From Paraphysomonas bandaiensis (Eukaryota; Protista; Chrysophyceae), in assembly GCA_965644295.1 (NCBI GenBank), contig CBFFRP010000218.1, forward strand, positions 62,001 to 126,000: a stretch of DNA of 64,000 nt. The letters run 5' to 3'. Under the pieces are notes generated by a model, which was not told where the DNA came from, did no database searches, and saw only the letters and a program-made list of their open reading frames with translations. This document shows positions 37,601 to 49,352 of the stretch, piece by piece. Position 1 is the stretch's first letter. Each line of letters begins with the position of its first letter. The translations under genes were made by a program, and so were the position numbers.

Positions 37601-40563
37601 ATGTGATTCGCTTGTATACTATACGTATGGGTTTATAAATGAATATTTATAACCTCTGTTAGTGGATAATTTTTGATGACTATAATATAGGTGATGAGCC
37701 CAGGGCTAGCACGTATGATATGATGCTAGTGGATGAAGCCATCGCCTGCCGCAAGAAGAAAGGCTTGCATGGGAATGCTGCATCTTCTGACACATCATCC
37801 AGAGTCAACGATGTGTCAACTGACGGTGAGATTAATATTTTTATTATGCCTGTAGATAGAGTGCAATATATATGTAGTGCTGCTATTGTTCGTGTGTCTC
37901 CATTTTACTGGTTTTGCAACAGGCAAGAAGGCCAAAGCCATTTTCGGCATGCTTCAAAAAGACAAGACATATAAAGCTCTGGTGCGCTGTCATTGCTGTT
38001 ACTGCTGACTTTTCTTTATCATGCACACTAAGCTATATGTACTAAACTGCGCGTGTCTTGCTTACTTCGCTGTGAATACTGCGTATATTAATAGTTAATG
38101 TCAGGTTGAACATGTTTTTACTGGAAGTCGTTTCAAAGTCACGATACCTACCGAAAACGTGACCCTTCAGCTGGCTTTGTCCCAGGTGTGTATTCTGTCT
38201 ATGTAGATGCGCACTTGTGCGTTGTACTGCACGACACCACCTTTAGTTATGCACACTGTATATTTTATGTCTGAATTTTCGAATGGAATATATGTACCAC
38301 TTGTTGGTATGCAATCACTAAACACTTCCTATAGGTTCGGTGTTTACCTCTATCTAAGCCAAATTCATCGGAGGAAAATGATAATGACACCACTGAGCAA
38401 ACTATCTGGGCTGAGATGGCGAAGAAGCACTCTAGATTCAATGTCCTTCAGAGAACGGTATTCTGAATTACGTGCTGTGTATATTATCAGATACTGCATT
38501 TATGAAACGTAGTGTTCAATACATTTTGTCGTTCATATTATTGCTGTATAATTCACTGTCTGACACTCTGCCTAAATTTCAACTCAACCTGCAGGTGGAT
38601 ATAGAAATATCCGATATTGATCGCAATGGCATTTTCCTTGGAAAGTTGTATATGGCTGAGGGTCCTTATGATCTCCTTCTAGTTAAAGAGGGTCTTGCTT
38701 ATGTTGATAGGTGCTTTATTGTTTCTGTGTTGCTTATACTTGACAGCATATTCCATAATTTGTCATTTGATGCCACGAGTATGAGATGATATTGTGTTGT
38801 GTGGTATGGTTATATAGCAGTCCATAACGCCACATACAATATAGGTTTTCTGCCAGTCGTGGTGGCAGTGACGTGGAAACTCTTCTCGAGGCCCAGGAGG
38901 TATGCAAACAGGGGAAAACAGGACTCTGGAGTGTGGAGAACCTTGTTGCCGACACCAATGAACAGGAGGATAATATCGGTGAGTTAGACTACATACATAC
39001 ACACACACTTGCTGTACTCGGTATATGTTGTGGAGTTGTGTACATATCAACAGAAAATAGTTGAAGTATGATATGCAGATGAAACCGATGTTCCACTCAC
39101 GACTTTCACAACAATGAGGGTAAAATTGTCTGAGATCCACACTGGGTCATGCTTCGCGGTTCATATTGTAGGAGACGTGTGTATGCCTGATTCGGAGAGG
39201 TAATAGGTGCTATTGTATTATTTGTTGCAGTCCATGCAGGGGATTTAGAGTACTACGACTCAATGTATATACCCAATACCATTTGTGCAGAAGTTGCATA
39301 CATGCTTCGGAATTTATATGTATTTCAGAAAGGGACTTTATGCTGGGAGAGGTGAAAGTAAACTCTTGGACATTGAAGATGCTATGAGGGGCTTCAATGA
39401 GTGCGCGGTATATATCAACCACTGCGCTTCACTCACAATACAACTTATTAATTCCTATCATAGGCCCCCGAACTTTCAGCTCCAAAGAAGAACTCTCTGG
39501 TTGCCTGTCTTTATGATGATCCCCAGGATGGTATGGTCTGGCTCCGAGCGAGAATAGAAGAGATCTTGAATGAGAGTAAGAGTGCTAGGGTAGTGTTCGT
39601 GGACTATGGTCACAGGTACGCGAAACGGACTGTGTGACATGACATCACCATGTATTAGGGCCACAGTTTTGATTACTTCCCTGAGAGTCCTTCCTGAGTC
39701 TCTGGCCTCTCTCACACCTCAGGCCATTGAATGTACTTTAGCATTTTTGAGGGTAAGTTGTCGTTTTGTAGTTTCACGTATTTTATATTTGGCGGCTTAT
39801 AATATTGTGCGTTCAGTCTCCAGCCCCCAATTCCGAGCACTTTGCTGCTTCAGCATGGGCCCTGAACTCTCTTGCCTGGGACAAGGAATGTCTCTTAAAG
39901 GTTTTGTCTTCATCGGATGAAGTTAAGTCTAGCTCGAAGTCGAAGAAGAAGTCGAAATCTGCTCCTACTGGGGTGACGAAGTATGCAGTTGCTCTGTATG
40001 TACCAGGTACGATTACACAGTACTGTTGCTGTAAACTCTACAGTAGCTGTTTGCTGACTCTATTATGTTTGGCAGATGAAAGTAATACGATCGAGGCAGC
40101 CACCAACGTGAATGAAAGTTTGGTCCGAAACGGTTTCTTACGTGTCTCTGCCACCGCCGCCAGAAAGCTCAAAAACAGGGGCTTGGAAGGTATATTTCAA
40201 TGTTAATTTTCTCTAGGCTGTGGTATTCTGTATTTAGATGTAGCGTTAAATAGCGAAACATTGCTGAACATTGTGGTACAATATGGTATTTATGTCCTGT
40301 TAATTCTCAGGTGATTATCCCAACGAACTACTGGATGAGTTGATGTCAGCCCAGCATCATGCCCACGTCAACCACTTGCGGATGTAAGTCTGTTATCTTT
40401 GTAACTGCTGTGGTGTATGCACGATACGATGATATGTGGCTGGACAGTTGTTGATTAAGTGACTGTGTACTGTCTATGCAGATGGGAATATGGTCATCCG
40501 GGTGATACGGATGATGAGATGGAGGAACGACGAGCCGGAAATGTCCCAGCTGCGAGAAACTGA
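34652..40563 (+). CDS. SND1: Tudor staphylococcal nuclease (Tudor-SN / p100), many exons
   Basis: MAAGNATVK|AVLSGDTLVL...DEPYAWESREYLR; SN domains 2-4 (IEHVRDGS, EVLTGDT, VEHVFTGSRFK); Tudor WLRARIE...VFVDYGH; final WEYG..GD; stop TGA at 40561-40563. Confidence 0.93.
35190..35650. repeat. Compound GA/GT minisatellite in an SND1 intron
   Basis: Repeated ATGAGAGAGAGGGAGGAGGATGTGTGTGT units between donor 35189 and acceptor ~35677. Confidence 0.9.
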
Positions 40564-40867
40564 GGGGCTCGCAATCTTCGCTACTTATACCTCTAGTTAG
40601 CTCTGTACATGCCAGTTCTATCTGTATGGTACATGTAGTTCACATATAAAGACATTACTATCTGTTTAGCGGGACCCACTCCGCTGAATATGAGGTAGCT
40701 TTTGGCTGGCTAATAAAATGAAATCATTTTCAAGTCGTTTTTATTATAGTGATAACTCACATCCCGCATGCTATATAAAAAGTATCATGGATAGATATGA
40801 CACTTCAGTTTCTGGCTTCATCTTTTACTGACAATATGTATAGGAGTTTGTCACTGTCGAGGGTCTT

Positions 40868-41278
40868 AGTAGTGAATGTCTGATTTTCAGCAATAGGCGT
40901 GTAAGAGTCAGAACTAATGTAGCAAAGCAATTTAACTAACTAGTGTTTAACTCTGATATCCTACTATTCTGCACTTCAAACGCTGCTTGTGCGACCACTT
41001 CCTTTTCCTTAAGGTGAACTAGCCCGGATGATTGACTTCAGTAGACAGCCCGGATGCCCTTGAGGTGGGCCTATTCGTCAAGGCTCAAAGACGTCTATAC
41101 AAGTGACACTTATAAGTGTCCGTTTTATCATACAAACATTTGGCTATGAGTGGACAGAAAGAGAGTTATCTTCGGTCTATGTTTGCGGTCCACGTTAGTT
41201 TCCCAGAGAAAGTTTCCTGGAGAAATATTTCTATCCTTCAGAACACCACGAAAAGGTGCGAGCCCGACTTTGTTGAGG
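40868..41278 (+). mobile_element. Dispersed repeat family, near full-length copy
   Basis: AGTAGTGAATGTCTGATT...CACCACGAAAAGGTGCGAGCCCGACTTTGTTGAG. Confidence 0.85.
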
Positions 41279-42722
41279 TTCATTTGTATAAGATATAAGG
41301 ATCAAAGTGTCAAATCGTTTAGAAACATAATTCAACTTATCAATAATGTCTACATTTTGACATATAATGATTATGTACTGTTTTTTAAAACTATTGATTA
41401 GTCGACCACCAATATTTGTAAGCTATAAACTAGCATACTGTGGAGTTTTGCTTATATTTGTAGTTATGTTGTCCCATTCCGACAGTGGCCACAGAGTGTG
41501 TAGGCTCACTAGTACATCAGACCTATAACACCATATACCCGCTTACCCGCTCGTAATCTTGATTGACCTTATATATAGATCGGGGGCAAATTCTGTGGGA
41601 GCAATCCTACAGCCCCGTGTTCGCCTTCACAAAGACTACGCAGAATTACTCTTAGTTGTACAATACTCATATAATACGTAATTCACGCAGATTCTAGCAG
41701 ATCCATGTTCACCTTCCCATCACCTATCAAAGAATATGCGAAGCTTCTTGTGGTCATGTATGATTCAGTATTGGCCTACTAGCGTGGCATTGGCTGAGAC
41801 TCAACCTCCACTAGAAAATGCACGGGATTTCTCGTAATCGTGTATGAACTATGCAAGTATAGTGTAGCTCTAACTGGATATTGCTTGTCACCACACACAA
41901 TAATACGCTGGGATTTTAAAAAAATCTTTATATTACGTAGTTTAATTAGCACTAGCACTTACAACTGAAGGTAGACTTAGACTCAATGCTGAGAATTATA
42001 AGATTAATCAATATATCTTATCATTCACCAATTTCATGTTATCACAACTCTCTCATTTCTCGTACAATCTTACTTCGTTACTAACTTGCATCGTCACTAT
42101 ATTCCGTTTCACTGCTATATACTAATCGTCATGAAATTAATTCTCATATTTCGGTTAACGACAATTGTGTACTTACACGTAAAGATTATAATTTAAATAT
42201 CCTGTAACTACAGCTATCAATTGCTCTCTAATAGCAGAACTCATGAGTCACTTCAAGAATATAGTAGTTAAAAACGGTATGAAGTGACATGATTTGATTT
42301 CGTGAAACTGAAATATATTGACTGTAAAAGATCGTGTCTATGTAAGATTGGTAGTCGTGACATATCAATATAGTCATGACGTTAATTTTATATCAATTGT
42401 AAATTGGGAACGACCTCTGTGCAATATGAGATCACGAGCACAAACGAATATTAAAAATACGAGAGGAAATATTCAGTTACGATTGTGCGTCGTAGATCGC
42501 AGACTGACACACAACTGCCTACCTACCCACTACCATACTATACTACACCGCAATAGGTTCACTTAAACCGTCAGGTACTAGCTACTTAGTAGAAAACACC
42601 GCATTTTTCATCACGCTGAAATCTAATCAGATGGCCCATCAGCGACTAGCTTTATGTAACAGACTGATAGGCTCTCCAACAGCCATCGATTACACTACAT
42701 CCAACAGTTTCGTCGAAGTATT

Positions 42723-43520
42723 CTAGTTCTGGTATGTCATTTCGTTATAATTCTTTTTGTCTCGCTTTTTCTGCTTTTTCTTGGAACCTTCCGCGGCTTT
42801 ACTCTCACGGAGAGCCTCGGCGACAGCAGTACTGGCTGCTCCAGACTTCTTCTTGGAACTCTTCTGCTTGACTCTTTCGCGCAGAACAGTAGGATCAAAC
42901 ACAGTTTCTTGAGCCTGTTCTTGGCTGGAAGATCCACTGTTGTTGTTACTGGAAGCAGGTTTAGACTTCTTTTTCTTTGATTTGGACTTTTTCTGAGATG
43001 TTCCTGCTGCATTCTGTGTATTCTCTTGGACAACAGTCTGCTCATTAGTGTCCGACGCAGTTGTTGTCGATGGATTAATATCAAACTCCGCTAGAATATT
43101 ATCAAGATCATTAAGCTCTTTTTCTCTTAACAATTTACGCTCTTTTTTAGATAACTGATTAGCGGGTTTTTCTGTGATGTCTTTCGGCTCATTTGCAGAT
43201 GTTTTAACTGCAGTTGATTCAGCGGATGGTTTGGAGTCTTCTTCTTCGATATCATCATCGTCATCTTCATCACTCGAGTTATCACTGCTGTCATCTTCCT
43301 GTTGCTATAAAACAATAAGTCTCTTGTATATATCTACACACATACATACACATATATACACATATATGCACATATATACACGTCTATCTATAAATATATA
43401 TACATATTCCATTGCAATAAAAACATTTCCAATTACCTCTACATTATCTTCTTCATCACTTGATTCATCATCTGCCCATGATGCCTTTACTTTACTAGTT
43501 GATTCCTCCGTAACATCCAT
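42723..43520 (-). CDS. Acidic/Lys-rich uncharacterised protein, 2 exons (43520-43437, 43304-42723)
   Basis: MDVTEESTSKVKASWADDESSDEEDNVE|QQEDDSSD...QLSKKERKLLREKELNDLDNILAEF, with a GT..AG intron filled by microsatellite. Confidence 0.75.
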
Positions 43521-44363
43521 TGCAATACTTAATAACTTTCTTATTAGTAATGAATGATTTTAATGCAAGATAATGCAAAGACTATACTGTTTAATGATAT
43601 TCTAATGTTTTATAATGTATAATACTCTTCTTATAAGGTTATATGATGGCATAACATGACATGCATTAAGAATATATGATGCATCTGTCATATCTCTGTA
43701 TATTACTTGGCTATAATTGGTGGTTACTATTTTAGCTAATAATCATGGGTTTTTAGATGAGGATTGTATATATAATCCATGTTTTTATGTTTTAAGAAGA
43801 AAAAATTGAGGGTTTATTAGTTTTTTTATGAATTAGAGGTGTGTGTAGGTATACGTACGATATCTGTATAAAGTATTATACAACCGTATTGTACAGAAGA
43901 CTACATGGGTATACTAAAGTATTATTAGGCTAAAAACCACCCTTTTTTGTGTTTTCGAAAAATGTTAATCATCAAAAAACAGAGTACAACTAGAAACCCT
44001 GGATATTTTGGACTTGATAACGTACAGCAGTAGCAGCAGTATTTATACTTCGACATACGTACATACGTACTGTACCACAGAGTGGAACGTTCTTCGCAAC
44101 TTCCATAGCATGGGATAAAAAACAATAGCACATCTACAAGTACATAAACACAGTACATCAGTACAATATATGCAATATTATATATGAAATAGATATCTAT
44201 CTGTACAGTATAGAAGTACATATATCAGTATATCAGTACATTTCTGTGAAGTGAAGTGCAGTGTGTGTATGTGTTGTGTATGTAGGTGTGTATGTATGTA
44301 TGGCAGTGTCCTCATTGTTCATATCATCTCAGTGTAGTTAGTATTATCAACAACGAGATCAAG

Positions 44364-47300
44364 ATGTCTAGAATATGTAAAGCAGCATGTGAGGGTGATC
44401 TGAATGCAGTGAAGGAATATGTTGAGAGAGGCCTTACCAACACACAAGATAAGGTAACAGACACACACATACACACATACATACACACATACATGTATAT
44501 ACACATATGCTTATAGGGTCATGCTATACACACATACATGTATATACACATATGCTTATAGGGTCATGCTATACACACATACATGTATATACACATATGC
44601 TTATAGGGTCATGCTATACACACATACATGTATATACACATATGCTTATAGGGTCATGCTATACACACATACATGTATATACACATATGCTTATAGGGTC
44701 ATGCTATACACACATACATGTATATACACATATGCTTATAGGGTCATGCTATACACACATACATGTATATACACATATGCTTATAGGGTCATGCTATACA
44801 CACATACATGTATATACACATATGCTTATAGGGTCATGCTATACACACATACATGTATATACACATATGCTTATAGGGTCATGCTATACACACATACATG
44901 TATATACACATATGCTTATAGGGTCATGCTATACACACATACATGTATATACACATATGCTTATAGGGTCATGCTATACACACATACATGTATATACACA
45001 TATGCTTATAGGGTCATGCTATACACACACATATACATATATATAGACAGACATACATATATATAGTGGGTATCATGACTGTTTATATTCATTTATAGAC
45101 ATATATCGTAATTGTTCATATGTATAAGTAGAGTGTGTTTTTATTGTGTGGGCTGATATACATATATATAGTGTTGCATGCTATGAGCTCATGTGTATAT
45201 ATGTGTGGTGTTGCACTACAAGGGCACTTACATTATTATTGTTTAATAGAAAGGATGCACAGCTCTTCACTATGCTGCCTCAAAAGGTCACAGAGATATA
45301 TCCAAGTATCTATTGGGTGCTGGAGCAGATTGTAATATACAAAATAATGTAGGTATCCCTATATATGCCCCCGCATCCGTACATTTCCGCATTTGCATAA
45401 GGCCTCATATACTTAATATGTGTGTATAGTGTAATGTCTAAAGGTTAATATACTGTTACTTTATAGAATGGAATGACAGCTCTGCACTGTGCTGCCTCAA
45501 AAGGTCACAGAGATATAGCCGAGTATCTAGTGGGTACAGGAGCAGATTATAAAATACAAGATAATGTAAGCCCCATATATATATCTGTACATATCTAGTG
45601 CTATATCGTATGGGCTCATATAATTGTGGTTTTGCATTGTCAAGGCTCGTATATATATATATATGTATGTAGCGCAGTGTTAAAGGGTTCTTATATTGCT
45701 ATTCTTTATAGAATGGAATGACAGCTCTGCACTGTGCTGCCTCAAACTGTCACAGAGATATAGCCGAGTATCTTGTGAGTGCAGGAGCAGGTTATAATAT
45801 ACAAGATAATGTAAGCCCCATATATATATCTGTACATATCTAGTGCTATATCGTATGGGCTCATATAATTGTGATGTTGCATTGTCAAAGCTCGTATATA
45901 TATATATGTATGTAGCGCAGTGTTAAAGGGTTCTTATATTGCTACTCTTTATAGAATGGAAGGACAGCTCTACACTGGGCTCTTCCCAAAGGTCACAGAG
46001 ATATAGCCGAGTATCTAGTGAGTGCAGGAGCAAATTGTAATATACAAGATATTGTAAGCAAACCTCACCTATCTAGCCCCATATATATATCTGTATATAT
46101 CTAGTGCTATATCGTATGGGCTCATATAATTGTGATGCTGCATTGTGAAGGCTCGTATACATATATATATATTTATGTAGTGCAGTGTTAAAGGGTTCTT
46201 ATATTGCTACTCTTTATAGAATGGAAGGACAGCTCTGCACTGTGCTGCCTCAAAAGGTCACAGAGATATAGCCGAGTATCTTGTGAGTGCAGGAGCAGAT
46301 TATAATATACAAGATAATGTAAGCCCCATATATATATCTGTACATATCTAGTGCTATATCGTATGGGCTCATATAATTGTGATGCTGCATTGTCAAGGCT
46401 CGTATACATATATATATATATGTATGTAGCGCAGTGTTAAAGGGTTCTTATATTGATACTCTTTATAGAATGGAATGACAGCTCTGCACTGTGCTGCCTC
46501 AAAAGGTCACAGAGATATAGCCGAGTATCTTGTGAGTGCAGGAGCAGATTATAATATACAAGATAATGTAAGCCCCATATATATATCTGTACATATCTAG
46601 TGCTATATCGTATGGGCTCATATAATTGTGATGTTGCATTGTCAAGGCTCGTATATATATATATATGTATGTAGCGCAGTGTTAAAGGGTTCTTATATTG
46701 CTACTCTTTATAGAATGGAAGGACAGCTCTGCACTGTGCTGCCTCAAAAGGTCACAGAGATATAGCCGAGTATCTTGTGAGTGCAGGAGCAGATTATAAT
46801 ATACAAGATAATGTAAGCCCCATATATATATCTGTACATATCTAGTGCTATATCGTATGGGCTCATATAATTGTGATGCTGCATTGTCAAGGCTCGTATA
46901 CATATATATATATATGTATGTAGCGCAGTGTTAAAGGGTTCTTATATTGATACTCTTTATAGAATGGAATGACAGCTCTGCACTGTGCTGCCTCAAAAGG
47001 TCACAGAGATATAGCCGAGTATCTTGTGAGTGCAGGAGCAGATTATAATATACAAGATAATGTAAGCCCCATATATATATCTGTATATATCTAGTGCTAT
47101 ATCGTATGGGCTCATATAATTGTGATGTTGCATTGTCAAGGCTCGTATATATATATATATGTATGTAGCGCAGTGTTAAAGGGTTCTTATATTGCTACTC
47201 TTTATAGAATGGAAGGACAGCTCTACACTGGGCTCTTCCAAAAGGTCACAGAGATATAGCCGAGTATCTTGTGAGTGCAGGAGCAGATTATAATATACAA

Positions 47301-49269
47301 GATAATGTAAGCCCCATATATATATCTGTACATATCTAGTGCTATATCGTATGGGCTCATATAATTGTGATGCTGCATTGTCAAGGCTCGTATACATATA
47401 TATATATATGTATGTAGCGCAGTGTTAAAGGGTTCTTATATTGCTATTCTTTATAGAATGGAATGACAGCTTTGCACTGTGCTGCCTCAAACTGTCACAG
47501 AGATATAGCCGAGTATCTTGTGAGTGCAGGAGCAGGTTATAATATACAAGATAATGTAAGCCCCATATATATATCTGTACATATCTAGTGCTATATCGTA
47601 TGGGCTCATATAATTGTGATGTTGCATTGTCAAAGCTCGTATATATATATATGTATGTAGCGCAGTGTTAAAGGGTTCTTATATTGCTACTCTTTATAGA
47701 ATGGAAGGACAGCTCTACACTGGGCTCTTCCCAAAGGTCACAGAGATATAGCCGAGTATCTAGTGAGTGCAGGAGCAAATTGTAATATACAAGATATTGT
47801 AAGCAAACCTCACCTATCTAGCCCCATATATATATCTGTATATATCTAGTGCTATATCGTATGGGCTCATATAATTGTGATGCTGCATTGTGAAGGCTCG
47901 TATACATATATATATATTTATGTAGTGCAGTGTTAAAGGGTTCTTATATTGCTACTCTTTATAGAATGGAAGGACAGCTCTGCACTGTGCTGCCTCAAAA
48001 GGTCACAGAGATATAGCCGAGTATCTTGTGAGTGCAGGAGCAGATTATAATATACAAGATAATGTAAGCCCCATATATATATCTGTACATATCTAGTGCT
48101 ATATCGTATGGGCTCATATAATTGTGATGTTGCATTGTCAAGGCTCGTATATATATATATATGTATGTAGCGCAGTGTTAAAGGGTTCTTATATTGCTAC
48201 TCTTTATAGAATGGAAGGACAGCTCTACACTGGGCTCTTCCAAAAGGTCACAGAGATATAGCCGAGTATCTAGTGAGTGCAGGAGCAGATTATAATATAC
48301 AAGATAATGTAAGTAAACACACCTATCTACCCCCACATGTATGCGTGTATAGATGTATGTACGGTGCAATATTATAATGACACCTATAGATGTAGCGCCA
48401 CCTTGTAGAGAATCATACATTTATATGTATGTACTGCAGTATTATAAGGGTTCACATATTATACCTATTAATAGGATGGAGGGACAGCTCTACATTGGGC
48501 TCTTTTAAAAGGTTACAGAGATATAGCCGAGTATCTATTGGGTGCTGGAGCAGATTGTAATATACAAGATAATGTAGGTACCCCTCTATATGTCCACCCG
48601 CGTGTGTACATTCTGCAATTGCATAAGGCCTCATATACTTAATATGTGTGTATAGTGTAATGTCTAAAGGTTAATATGCTGTTACTATTAAAATAGGATG
48701 GAAGGACAACTCTGCACTGTGCTGCCTCAAAAGGTCACAGAGATATAGCCGAGTATCTAGTGGGTGCAGGAATAGATTGTAATATACAAGATAATGTAAT
48801 AGTAACCCCACATGTCCACCTGCATGTGTACATTTCTGCAATGTCGTAATGGTCCATATACATAATATGTATGTGTATAGTGTAATATTATTAGGGCTCA
48901 TATATTGTTACTATTAATAGAAAGGAAGGACAGCTCTGCACTGGGCTCTTTTAAAAGGTCACAGAGATATAGCCGAGTATCTAGTGGATGCTGGAGCAGA
49001 TTGTAATATACAAGATAATGTAAGTAACCTCAGCCATCTAACCCACATATAGATGTGTGTACGGTGCAAAATTGTAAGGCCTCGTATATTTGTAGTGTTA
49101 CATTGTCAAGACTTATATACATATAATTATGTGTGGTTCTTATATTTTGTTACTATTAAAATAGGATGGAAGGACAGCTCTTCATTATGCTGCCTCAGAA
49201 GGTCATAGAGATATAGTTGAGTATCTAGTGGGTGCAGGAGCAGATTGTAATATACAAGATAATATGTAA
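44364..49269 (+). CDS. Ankyrin-repeat protein: N-cap exon plus 17 single-repeat 99-nt exons
   Basis: Exon 1 at 44364-44453 ([23 protein letters not shown]...QDK|GT). TAG|99 nt|GTA exons start at 45250, 45467, 45712, 45955, 46220, 46469, 46714, 46963, 47208, 47457, 47700, 47965, 48210, 48475, 48697, 48921 and 49165, each [33 protein letters not shown]. Ends ATG TAA at 49264-49269. Confidence 0.9.
44483..45030. repeat. 45-bp minisatellite, 12 copies, in intron 1 of the ankyrin gene
   Basis: GCTTATAGGGTCATGCTAT recurs every 45 bp from 44509 to 45004. Confidence 0.97.
45250..49263 (+). repeat. Tandem exon+intron array, unit ~220-265 bp, 17 units
   Basis: Introns as well as exons are near-identical in the central units; edge units are more divergent. 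Confidence 0.95.
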
Positions 49270-49352
49270 GTAACATGACCTATCTACCCGCATATATATT
49301 AATATATTTAATATATTAATGAAACTGATAATTTTTATGTGTTTATTGCCTT

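Noticed and set aside
44507-45066. 179/181-aa repeat ORFs
   Set aside because: Produced by a 45-bp intronic minisatellite between a GT donor (44454) and an AG acceptor (45249).
46188-48901. Repeated minus-strand 60-80-aa ORFs
   Set aside because: Antisense shadows of the ankyrin exon/intron units.
45250-49263. CRISPR-like array (regular repeat-spacer look)
   Set aside because: Units are 99-nt coding exons with splice sites, the intervening sequences are near-identical rather than unique, there are no cas genes, and the context is eukaryotic.
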